Origin: a virus
DNA: 64,000 bases
Reading direction: 5' to 3' (one strand)
IMG/VR virus record: IMGVR_UViG_3300043788_000040
Coordinates: 32,001-96,000 of that record
Shown here: one piece after another, positions 46,513 to 55,248 of the stretch
How positions within the stretch are numbered: the first letter of the stretch is position 1
Layout: every line of letters begins with the position of its first letter
Program-made: the position numbers and the translations under genes
Notes under the pieces: generated by a model
What the model was told of the DNA's origin: nothing
The model's input: the letters and a program-made list of their open reading frames with translations, nothing else
Database searches by the model: none

Positions 46513-46589
46513 CGCGGGATGGAGCAGCCCGGAAGCTCGCTTGGCTCATAACCAAGAGGTCGGTGGTTCAAATCCACCTCCCGCTACCA
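46513..46589 (+). tRNA. Initiator-type tRNA-Met(CAT)
   Basis: C1/U72 mismatch; fMet-type D-arm GAGCAGCCCGGAAGCTC; CTTGG-CTCATAA-CCAAG. Confidence 0.9.
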
Positions 46590-46594
46590 GTTCA

Positions 46595-47005
46595 ACGCCC
46601 GTAGGCTACGAGCCGAGAAGCAGAAGGGCTAGCAGAGTCATACGACCTTATAGGACGGGAAAGCTCTGCAACAGATGTGGCACGGGAGAACCGATGCGGG
46701 GAAGTCGCCTGTAAGTTTCCGTGCCGTCGTTTTCGGTTCCGTGTTCGTTTAAGGCGCAAGCCGGGTTCGTCACGGATTAAAGTGGTGGTCCAACGGAGAC
46801 GCCCCACGCCGAAGTGAGTTAACGCTCTAATACGGGAGCCAATCAATAACTCCCGTGGGGGCAGGTAAGACGCATTCGCTGAGTAATCTCCGGTTATCCG
46901 GTTGGTGCAGCGGTGAAATCGCGAATCATAGCGTCTTCTTAAACCGCCAGCCATGAGGGTCCCTGACGTCGGGTGGTGCAGTACTTCATGGAGCAATTTG
47001 GCGGT
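46595..47005 (+). ncRNA. ~410-nt structured non-coding region
   Basis: No credible ORF; many stems (GGCACGGGA/TTCCGTGCC, ACGGGAG/CTCCCGT, AAGACGC/GCGTCTT, ACCGCCA/TGGCGGT). Confidence 0.5.
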
Positions 47006-47011
47006 ACGAGT

Positions 47012-47153
47012 TTCGCAGCGGTGTATTGTACGGTTACTTCATGCAACCAGTAGGTCGCGGGTTCGAATCCCGTCATCCCAACGCTTTACGGGGTGTAGCT
47101 CAGTGGTAGAGCGACAGGTAAGAAAAACGCCGTGCATCTTTGTTCCCTGCGGA
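47012..47153 (+). ncRNA. YrlA-like bacterial Y RNA
   Basis: Permuted tRNA-like domain (T-arm, loop-closed acceptor CATCCC/GGGGTG, D-arm) on a long outer stem with GGTTACTTC. Confidence 0.75.
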
Positions 47154-47162
47154 TTAACTTTT

Positions 47163-47339
47163 CCTCGTTTAGCAAAACGAGGTGGCGCAGCGGAGAAGCT
47201 TTAGCGACTCCGTCAGCCGTTCTCGGACGTAAACCGAGTGGTGGAGGCGGGCACACTGTGCTCGCCCCTCAATGTCAGTTGAAGTACCGACGAGGCACGA
47301 AATGTGTGAACCGTTGACTCGGGAAAAAGACTGGCACCA
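47163..47339 (+). ncRNA. Multi-hairpin RNA ending in CACCA
   Basis: Series of hairpins; no credible ORF. Confidence 0.4.
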
Positions 47340-47525
47340 AATTTGAAGATGTTGTCCCAGTCAAGCTGTCGGACTAAACTCTGGACCCGGAGTAATGGGC
47401 TTGAAAGAAGCCATGCCCTAATAAGGAAGGCTGACAGCAAAAGATTACAATGAAGCTCACGTCCCAACTCGACACGTTTACCACGCCGCTTAAGGCGGCG
47501 CAGTAAACCTATCTGTGTACTGTAC

Positions 47526-47601
47526 CCGGACGTAGCTGATGTGGACTTAGCGCCACCCTGAAAAAGTGGAGATGGGAGTTCGATTCTCCCCGTCCGGACC
47601 A
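47526..47601 (+). tRNA. tRNA-Phe(GAA) (A37)
   Basis: Loop CTGAAAA; CCGGACG/CGTCCGG-A-CCA. Confidence 0.8.
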
Positions 47602-47603
47602 AC

Positions 47604-47681
47604 GGGGAGCGAGCTAGTCCGGTGATTTAGCGTCCGCCTGAAGAGCGGAAGAATTCGGTTCGACTCCGAGGCTCCCCGCCA
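47604..47681 (+). tRNA. tRNA-Phe(GAA) (G37, G73)
   Basis: TCCGC-CTGAAGA-GCGGA; CCA. Confidence 0.8.
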
Positions 47682-48042
47682 CTCCTTCAAAAATTCTACC
47701 TTCGTACTTCGCAGCCTCATCCAACCACTTTTGTTCAGTTCTATTTGAATGCTCGATACGATGACAGTTTGAGCACAGCAGATCACATTTGTCTAATTCT
47801 GCTTTGATCACTTCCCAGCTTCTATTGGCGACGTCACCGATACCGAAGTCCTTTTCGTTCGGATCACGGTGGTGGAATTCAAAAGCAGCCGGGTGCCCGT
47901 TGAATCCACATCGCAAACATTTGCCACCAAGATATGCAATAGCAGCATTTTTAGCGCGTATGCGTCTGATTTTCGTGTTGCAAGAGTTGCAGCGATAGCG
48001 ACGCTGGTCGGGATGATCACGCCCACAGAGAGGACATTGCAT
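47614..48042 (-). CDS. HNH endonuclease
   Basis: CLRCG..EFHHRDP..KCDLLCSNCHRIEH; lower GC; its tail runs antisense through tRNA-Phe. Confidence 0.85.
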   Translation of the reverse strand: MQCPLCGRDHPDQRRYRCNSCNTKIRRIRAKNAAIAYLGGKCLRCGFNGHPAAFEFHHRDPNEKDFGIGDVANRSWEVIKAELDKCDLLCSNCHRIEHSNRTEQKWLDEAAKYEGRIFEGVAGSLGVEPNSSALQADAKSPD

Positions 48043-48138
48043 TGGTAGAGCACTCCTTGTTCTACCTTACCTTTGTTCCTGACAAATTGCAACGGCCTCA
48101 GTATTATATTGTCACGAGCACTAGAGGTCTCGTGAGAT

Positions 48139-48498
48139 ATGGCACACCAAAAAGTAGCTGGACGTGGGTGTATTTACTGCATTTACGAAAGCACCGACAA
48201 CACTCCGCTAGACAAGCAAAGCGCACGATACGTGGGAAAAACCTTTGATTTTGACGCCCGGTTAGCCGGACACAATCGAGAAATCCAAGCCCAACAAGAT
48301 GGGAAAAAGACCGCCTCCCTTAACGTGGATAGGAAGATTGCGTCGGGTCGGCGTGGCGGTAAGAGATACACGATGGAGTGTATCAAGCACCACGTGGCAA
48401 GCACAGATTTGAGTGCGTGGGAAAAGCATCTCATTGCTGAGTACAACACATACGGCGCTGCCGCCGAGCTTCAGTGGAACGAGACTGAAGGCGGATAG
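48139..48498 (+). CDS. GIY-YIG-like endonuclease
   Basis: GCIY..YVGKT..R..H..WEKHLI..N. Confidence 0.7.
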   Translation: MAHQKVAGRGCIYCIYESTDNTPLDKQSARYVGKTFDFDARLAGHNREIQAQQDGKKTASLNVDRKIASGRRGGKRYTMECIKHHVASTDLSAWEKHLIAEYNTYGAAAELQWNETEGG

Positions 48499-48515
48499 TC
48501 CAGTATTAGTCATGG

Positions 48516-51500
48516 ATGGACGAACTTTTCCCGCAAGAACAAACAACCGAAACGCCCGCCAAGAAGACACGCAAGCCGCGAGCACCCAAGGCTGAAAAGC
48601 CGAAGAAGGTGAAGCCCGCACGTGACATCCGAACTGTGTTCCGTGAGAAGCTCGCTGGTATAACCGTTGATGGCATCAAGAAGCCATGGATGGCGGAGAA
48701 GGTTTTCCGCTTGGTCACAACGGCGGAGGAGCTTGAGGCATGGGCGGACGGCATTCTAGCCGACACGTCTAGGCACCACGCTTGGGCAGGCAACACTTGC
48801 CCTGTCATTGCAGTTGACACCGAAACGACCAGTCTAGACACCCGCATCTTCACCGACATCAAGCAAGACTCAGATGGTAACTGGTACCTAGTTTATGAAG
48901 TCAAGACTGAGATCGCCGGGGTCTGCCTGTCTGCTGACGGTATTGAGGGGCTGTACATTCCGGTCAACCACGAAAAGGGCGTGAACGTTCCCCGTGCTGA
49001 CGTAGCACGAATCCTCCAGAGGCTCTTTGATAAGTCCCACCTGATTTTCTACAACGGAAAATTTGACCGTGAGGTCATGAAGATCACGCTGGGCATGACG
49101 TTCCGTGGCTACCCCCACTTTGAAGACGTCCAAGTTTTGAACTACATCAACGACCCGAAGGCTGACTTCGGCGACAAGGCAAGCTTTCAAGGCGGTGCGG
49201 AGGGGCTGAAGAAACTCTCCGAACGAGTACTCGGAATTGAACAGATTGAAATTGACGAGGTCGCTAAGGTTCGCTGCCACGTCTGGAACAATGAAACACA
49301 GAAGAACACGCTGAAGCAGAAGGTCGTCCCGTTCACTTGGATTCCACCCGACATCGCTTTGTGGTACGCCGCAGCCGACGCGATATGCACGTGGCTCTTG
49401 TGGAGCCGCATGAAGGACTTGGCACGAAGCCGCAAGCTGGTTCACAGGATTGACCATGAGCTTGTTGATTCGCTCGCATACGTTGAACGCCAGCGCTTCC
49501 TCGTTGACGTGGACCGCCAACACCGCACCGCTCGCTGGCATGGGCGCACACTTGCGGAATTGAAGGCGAAGCTGGTGAAGCTTGCCGAGGCGGCTGGCTG
49601 GACGCAGGAGTTCAATCCTGGTTCCCCTCCGCAACTTGCCAAGTTGCTGTTCACCATGATGGGCTTCACGTCTACCATCACCACCGACAGCGGTGCGAAG
49701 TCTACCAACAAGGAGACGCTGACGGAGCTTGTCAAGGATCACCCGGATAACGAGTTTCTGAAGGCGCTTCAGGACTACCGTGAGCTTGCAGCGCTGCACC
49801 CGGACAACTTGCGCTACGACCCGAAGGACAACTCGGCGAGAATCTACCTCAAGCAGAACGTCGTCGCCGGGGGACGCCTCTCGGGCGGTGGTGGAGAGTT
49901 TGAGAAGGACGGCGGGCTGGAATGGAACCCGCAGGGCGTCAAGAAGCTGGAGAAGGAAGACTTCTGGCGTGTGTACGGCCACGTGTTGGAGCCGGACTCT
50001 GTGGAAGCGTACGACATTGAAGAGCATGATGAGAGTGAGCTTCACCCGTCCTGCTTCGTTGAGGAAAGAGGAGTCAAGACGAAGGCTCCCGGCATCATCA
50101 AGAACCACATCGGTCTGTACCAAGACTATGCGATCTGCCTCGTGCCCGGCTGCAAGACCTGTAGGGACAGGTTCGGTCTTCTGATTGAAGACACGTCGCT
50201 GGATGCGAATCAAGTTGTCAACCTCCGCGTGCTGATGACTGCGCTCAAGGGCTGGACGTTCTTCAGCATTGACTACTCAAACATTGAGATGCGTGCAATG
50301 GCGAACCTGTCCGGTGAGCCGAAGTACGTTCAGGAATTCATGACCGGAAGCGGCGACTTCCATGACCTGACTGCTAAGAACATCTTCCCGCAGTACAGCG
50401 ACCCGACGTCAAAGGACTACAAGTCCAAGACGCTGCGTGGCGTTGCCAAGATCATCAACTTCGCCATCAACTACGGCGGCACTGCTCATGCTATCTACAA
50501 GAACCTGATCAAGAAAGACCCGGCCATGACCATGAAAAGAGCCGAGGAACTGGTTGATAAGTATTGGGCGGGCGTGCCGGAGTTTAGGAAATGGTGCGAC
50601 GTCAAGCAGGCTCGGGCAAAGAATGACTTCGTGACGGAGACCGCTACGGGGCGTGTGATTGACTTCAAGTCGGCGATGGAGCATGAGCACATCCACACAC
50701 CGACGCAGCAGGAAAAGGCGCTCCTGAAAAAGTACTACGACTACAAGCGTGAAGCCAAGGCTGCGAAGGAACGTGGTGACAAGGAAGTTGAGCAGTCGTA
50801 CCAGAACGCAGGAGACAGGCTGTGGAAGAACCCGGAGACGGGCGTCCGCAACGCTATTGACTACAACCAGTTCATCGGTAAGGCGCAGCGCGTGGCGGTC
50901 AACACTCCGGTGCAGGGACTCTGCGGCGACTTCATGCGCATCTCCATCAACCGCATCAAGAAGTGGGTTGAAAAAGACCCGGACGTTCAAAGAGTGTTCC
51001 GTTTCCACGGCTCTGTCCACGACGAAATTGACGTGTCCATCAAGAATGAGTATGTGCCGTTCATTCTGCCACGTCTCACACGCTGGATGAAGCTGCGCAA
51101 GTACCACGAGAGTATGCAGTGGCCCGTTCCCATTGAGTGCGATGCGGAATATGGTCGTAGCTGGGATGTGGACTGGAGCATCAACAAGGTCGGGTACACG
51201 TACATTGACGGTCTTGAGACCTACGTGCCTGACGTGTTCAACTCGGTCACGATCAACAATCTGTACAAGGCTATCGCCTCTGGCGACGAGACGAAACGTG
51301 AGAAGGCTAAGGGCTACCTTCAGCAGTCACTTCATCCACGTGCCTTTGAGTCCACGAAAACCCTGTTCAAATCGCAGGACAGGAAAGAAATCCAGAACCA
51401 GCTTATCGCCGTGCTCCAGCTTCACGAGTACTGGACGATTGATCACACGCCAGACGGAGACGACGGTGACAAGAGTCTTGAGACGCTGGCACAGTACGAG

Positions 51501-51731
51501 GAACGCATGGGCATCAGCGCACGTGATCCGCTCTGCCCGGAGTTCGGGTACATGGGGCCGATTCCGCTGGACAACCCGAATGTGATCCGCCCGGAACCGA
51601 ATCTGCTTGACGGACCAGTCGGCGAGATTACGACCCCGGAAACTTCCGAACCGCAAACGGAAGAAACTGCTTGGGTTGAGACTTCTCTTGACGATCCGCA
51701 GGCCTTCCTGACGCATAAAGTAGGAGCGTAG
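48516..51731 (+). CDS. Family A DNA polymerase with 3'-5' exonuclease domain
   Basis: DTETT, NGKFD, YAAAD; DYSNIEMR (A), RGVAKIINFAINYG (B), VHDEI (C). Confidence 0.95.
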   Translation: MDELFPQEQTTETPAKKTRKPRAPKAEKPKKVKPARDIRTVFREKLAGITVDGIKKPWMAEKVFRLVTTAEELEAWADGILADTSRHHAWAGNTCPVIAVDTETTSLDTRIFTDIKQDSDGNWYLVYEVKTEIAGVCLSADGIEGLYIPVNHEKGVNVPRADVARILQRLFDKSHLIFYNGKFDREVMKITLGMTFRGYPHFEDVQVLNYINDPKADFGDKASFQGGAEGLKKLSERVLGIEQIEIDEVAKVRCHVWNNETQKNTLKQKVVPFTWIPPDIALWYAAADAICTWLLWSRMKDLARSRKLVHRIDHELVDSLAYVERQRFLVDVDRQHRTARWHGRTLAELKAKLVKLAEAAGWTQEFNPGSPPQLAKLLFTMMGFTSTITTDSGAKSTNKETLTELVKDHPDNEFLKALQDYRELAALHPDNLRYDPKDNSARIYLKQNVVAGGRLSGGGGEFEKDGGLEWNPQGVKKLEKEDFWRVYGHVLEPDSVEAYDIEEHDESELHPSCFVEERGVKTKAPGIIKNHIGLYQDYAICLVPGCKTCRDRFGLLIEDTSLDANQVVNLRVLMTALKGWTFFSIDYSNIEMRAMANLSGEPKYVQEFMTGSGDFHDLTAKNIFPQYSDPTSKDYKSKTLRGVAKIINFAINYGGTAHAIYKNLIKKDPAMTMKRAEELVDKYWAGVPEFRKWCDVKQARAKNDFVTETATGRVIDFKSAMEHEHIHTPTQQEKALLKKYYDYKREAKAAKERGDKEVEQSYQNAGDRLWKNPETGVRNAIDYNQFIGKAQRVAVNTPVQGLCGDFMRISINRIKKWVEKDPDVQRVFRFHGSVHDEIDVSIKNEYVPFILPRLTRWMKLRKYHESMQWPVPIECDAEYGRSWDVDWSINKVGYTYIDGLETYVPDVFNSVTINNLYKAIASGDETKREKAKGYLQQSLHPRAFESTKTLFKSQDRKEIQNQLIAVLQLHEYWTIDHTPDGDDGDKSLETLAQYEERMGISARDPLCPEFGYMGPIPLDNPNVIRPEPNLLDGPVGEITTPETSEPQTEETAWVETSLDDPQAFLTHKVGA

Positions 51732-51732
51732 G

Positions 51733-52539
51733 ATGGCGGGTTCAGAACACAAGCATAAGCGCTGCCCGCAGTGCGGCGGCGAGATTGACTACTTCGGCTC
51801 GTGCCGCAGGTGCGGTCGCGAATGGACCGAAACCCTCGAAGACGACGAGGTCGCCGATGGTCTGCCCGAGGGACAGCAGCACCCGGCTGAGATAAAGCCC
51901 CCGCCCAGCAAGAAGCCCCGCAAGAACCGCTACACGAAGTCATCCAAACAGGCTGCCTCGGCTGACAAGTACTCCCTCTGGCGCATAGACGCCGACAACG
52001 ACGACGACACCGAGATTACCAGAAAGCGTTCGTTGATGCGGCTGGATTCCCGCAAGACATACAACGCAATGGGGTTGTCCCTCCGTGCGCACGAGGCGGA
52101 GAAAGCCGCGCTGCTGTGGCTTTCAAGGTTGTGGGAGTTCTTGTCTAAGGAAGAGCAGGATGCACTCACTCCGGCTGTTGATCACCTGAAGCGCAGCTTT
52201 GCGGATGTCAGGCTTGTAGCGCAGTCAAAAGTCAACGAAGCGGCACGGATGGAAATAGAGTTGGAGAAAGAGCACAAGGCGGCACGGACGGCTCGCATTC
52301 GGCTCATAAAAGCGGCAACCAAGAAACAGGTAGAGGCAGCCAAGCAGATCACACCGGGGCAGGACACGGAAGGCATGAACCTTCCCGATCCAGCGGTACT
52401 TGACCCGAAGGCGCTGGGGCTGCTTTCGCAAGAGGACCTTCTGGAACTTGCCAAGGAGAAACTGTCTAACCTTGACCAAGAGAAGGCTTTGCGGCGTCGC
52501 ACCGAGCGCCCCACGGACGATGACAGCCCAGAGGAATAA
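51733..52539 (+). CDS. Hypothetical protein with N-terminal Zn ribbon
   Basis: CPQCG..CRRCG; helical C-terminus; precedes the portal. Confidence 0.7.
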   Translation: MAGSEHKHKRCPQCGGEIDYFGSCRRCGREWTETLEDDEVADGLPEGQQHPAEIKPPPSKKPRKNRYTKSSKQAASADKYSLWRIDADNDDDTEITRKRSLMRLDSRKTYNAMGLSLRAHEAEKAALLWLSRLWEFLSKEEQDALTPAVDHLKRSFADVRLVAQSKVNEAARMEIELEKEHKAARTARIRLIKAATKKQVEAAKQITPGQDTEGMNLPDPAVLDPKALGLLSQEDLLELAKEKLSNLDQEKALRRRTERPTDDDSPEE

Positions 52540-52574
52540 AGCTGGCTATCTGATTGCATTTATAGGGAATAAGC

Positions 52575-55211
52575 ATGGCAGACGAGAAAAAGCCCTCCAA
52601 GCGTGTCCGTAACGGCAACGTGCAGGTGGGTAAAACCATTGAATCCCGCAAGGTAGCGACCGCCACCGACAAGGATGGGGTCGTCCGTGAGTTTGCGTCT
52701 GCCGGGCGCTACACCACCTTTGACGGCAAGGAAATCCGTGACGACGTAGCCTACCGCACCAAGCTCCGCTCCCTGCGTGGGCTGGCTGACTCCTTCCTTG
52801 GCGATGATGAGACCCGCCAGTCCGGCAAGATGGCAGGTATGTTCGGCGGCGACGGTGGTCTCGGCTACGCTGACATTGCCGACTCCAACAACATCGGCTA
52901 CTACTCCTACGAATTCCCGGTTGACGCACTTGAACTCCCCGCCTCCCGTGCTGAAGAACTTCGTTTCTATCGCCTCGCATACGACCGTGATCCCATCGTC
53001 GGCCGTGCCATTGACTTGCACACCGAGCTTCCGCTGTCCAAGATGGAACTCAGCAAGCCGAAGTCTTCCAGCGAGGAATACGCGGACTTTGTTTTTGACG
53101 AATATCAGCGTGTCGTGCAAAGCACGAGGTTGTTTCAAGTCCTGATTGATGCGGTGCGTGAGTACTGGACAATCGGCGAGACCTTCATCTTCGTTGAGAA
53201 GCCAGCCGACATTGAGCCATGCAAGGAAGCGACGAAGCAGCTTGAGAAGGGCAAGAAGGGCGACGCAGCCGAACCCGGCAAAGAGTCCCAGTTCAACACC
53301 CCGCTGGGCGGCACGTCCGACCGGATCATTGAGTACCTTGAACCGTCAAAGAAATCCTCGTGGTTAAAGAAGCGTGCCTTTGAGATTGACAGGCTGGTGA
53401 AAGCTGGGGTCGGTTTTGACTTTGATGAGGATGTTGAAAAGGTCGCAGGAGCCATCAAGGAGAAGCGTGCTTCGCTGAACCAGAAGACACGCAAGTACGC
53501 GAAGGTTGCTGGAGTCCCGGCTAAGAAGCTTGCGAAGCTCATCATAGCGGCGGACTCAGGCGGCACCCTCGCCCTTGACAGGATCGCGGCGCTCGCCAAG
53601 GCGACGCTGGCGAAACTCATCGGTCGCACCGACGTAGACGACTCACTCAACGCCCCGATCCAGCAGATCGCAGCCATTACCAAGACCGCACAGCCTCCCG
53701 GTGTCACTGACCCCGGCGCTGCGGCTCCGGCTGCTCCCGCTGCGGGCGGTGCTGGTGAAGCTGGCGGCGGCGCACCTCCGGGCGCTGAAGGCGAAGCTTT
53801 ACCTAGCGTTCCTGGTGCCGAAGGTGCCATGCCGGGCGCAGAGGGCGCTCCCCTCGGCGATGCCGGGCTTGGCGACATTGATGGCGGTGGCGGTATGCCC
53901 ATGGGTGGCGGTGGAGGCGGTGGAGCAGGTATCCCCGCTGACATGGCTGGCGAGGCGCAGGACGCCATCGCAACTGGCGCAAGCATCACGGCGCAGCGTG
54001 AACTCATGGAGATGAAGCACCTCCTCGGCTTGCTTGAAAAGAAGAAGGAACTGCTTGAGGAGTTGAAGGAAATCCGTGAGAAGAAGCAGGAAGAGCTTGA
54101 GCTTTTCTCGCACATCACCAACAAGGACTACGACGGACCGACGAAGATTCAAATCCTGCCCCCGGAACAGATGGAGATCGCCAACGAGGGTCAGATGGAA
54201 GACGGCCCGACGATCTACTACAAACCGCCCGAGAACCAGAAGCAGGCGTATCTGGAAGACCCGGATGTGCCGTCTGAGGTCAAGGAAAAGATTCAGACCG
54301 AGGGTAAGATTCCGCTCAATCAAGACCCGATGAAGGGCAGCTATGTGATTCACCTTGCCCGCAAGAAGTCGGGCTATGAGCTTCACGGGCGCTCAATCCT
54401 TCAGCGCTGCATCCGCACGGTCATCTACCGTGAGAAGCTGCGCCAAGTTCAGTCCACGCTGGCGTCCCGCAACATGACGCCGAAGACCATGGTCATCGCA
54501 CCGGGCATCCCGACGTCTGAAGTCATGGCTCTCCGTGCTCACATTGACGAGGCAAAGGCTGATCCAGACTACTCCGTCGTGCTCAACTACGAAGCCCGCT
54601 GGGACGAAATCGGTTCCGAGGGTCGCCTGCTTGTGCTTGACGGCGAGTACTCGCACACCAACTCAGACTTGGCAATTGGTCTGGGTTTGTCCCCCGAAAT
54701 CCTGATCGGTGAGGGCATGTATTCCGGCAACCGCATTCAGATGCAGTTGATTGAGACCTCGTACACGCAGTTCCGTGACTTGCTCACGGGCATCATTGAA
54801 GACCAAATCTTCAAGCCCATCGCCATGGAGAAGGGCTTCTATGAGATGGACAAGTACGGACGCCCGCGCTGGATTTTCCCGAAGGTGTCATTCAGCCGCA
54901 TGGCTCTCCGCGACTCCGGCGACCTGTACGACATGCTGTTCAACCTGTACAGCAAGGGTTCGCTCCCGGTTGACATCATTTACGAGTTCTTGAACCTCGA
55001 CCCCGAGGACTGCGAACGCAAGCTTGAGGACGCACTTTTCACGGTCAAAGACAGCAAATTCAACGAGATGCTCAGTAATATCTATGGTTCGGTGGGCGAG
55101 TGGATGATGGCGAACACCGACCTTGGCAAGCGCCTAACCAAGGGTCTGACTTTGAACGAGGTAGACCATACCGAGGACGAAGGACCAGAGGGTTCTGGCG
55201 AAGGTGTCTAA
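52575..55211 (+). CDS. Portal protein with a large internal insertion
   Basis: DPIVGRAIDLHTELPLS, EYWTIGETF, VIHLARKKSGYELHGRSILQRC, LAIGLGL. Confidence 0.75.
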   Translation: MADEKKPSKRVRNGNVQVGKTIESRKVATATDKDGVVREFASAGRYTTFDGKEIRDDVAYRTKLRSLRGLADSFLGDDETRQSGKMAGMFGGDGGLGYADIADSNNIGYYSYEFPVDALELPASRAEELRFYRLAYDRDPIVGRAIDLHTELPLSKMELSKPKSSSEEYADFVFDEYQRVVQSTRLFQVLIDAVREYWTIGETFIFVEKPADIEPCKEATKQLEKGKKGDAAEPGKESQFNTPLGGTSDRIIEYLEPSKKSSWLKKRAFEIDRLVKAGVGFDFDEDVEKVAGAIKEKRASLNQKTRKYAKVAGVPAKKLAKLIIAADSGGTLALDRIAALAKATLAKLIGRTDVDDSLNAPIQQIAAITKTAQPPGVTDPGAAAPAAPAAGGAGEAGGGAPPGAEGEALPSVPGAEGAMPGAEGAPLGDAGLGDIDGGGGMPMGGGGGGGAGIPADMAGEAQDAIATGASITAQRELMEMKHLLGLLEKKKELLEELKEIREKKQEELELFSHITNKDYDGPTKIQILPPEQMEIANEGQMEDGPTIYYKPPENQKQAYLEDPDVPSEVKEKIQTEGKIPLNQDPMKGSYVIHLARKKSGYELHGRSILQRCIRTVIYREKLRQVQSTLASRNMTPKTMVIAPGIPTSEVMALRAHIDEAKADPDYSVVLNYEARWDEIGSEGRLLVLDGEYSHTNSDLAIGLGLSPEILIGEGMYSGNRIQMQLIETSYTQFRDLLTGIIEDQIFKPIAMEKGFYEMDKYGRPRWIFPKVSFSRMALRDSGDLYDMLFNLYSKGSLPVDIIYEFLNLDPEDCERKLEDALFTVKDSKFNEMLSNIYGSVGEWMMANTDLGKRLTKGLTLNEVDHTEDEGPEGSGEGV

Positions 55212-55248
55212 TTTTCCGGCTTTCAAGCCCTAATTTGAGGGACAACTC

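Noticed and set aside
46595-47005. RNase P RNA or group I intron
   Set aside because: Conserved RNase P P4 sequences and group I P7 elements not found, and no interrupted gene flanks it.
47012-47153. Permuted tRNA or two-piece tmRNA
   Set aside because: No anticodon arm, no internal CCA and no tag ORF; the long terminal stem fits a Y RNA better.
47265-47320. Hammerhead-like core (CCGACGAG-stem-GAAC)
   Set aside because: Deviates from CUGANGA and GAAA, and stem I cannot be formed convincingly.
48040-48060. TTGGTAGAGCACTCC resembling a tRNA D-arm fragment
   Set aside because: No other tRNA arms nearby; it coincides with the HNH start/RBS region on the minus strand.
48888-54386. Long minus-strand ORFs opposite the polymerase and portal
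   Set aside because: Antisense shadows caused by GC3-biased codon usage; no motifs or RBS.
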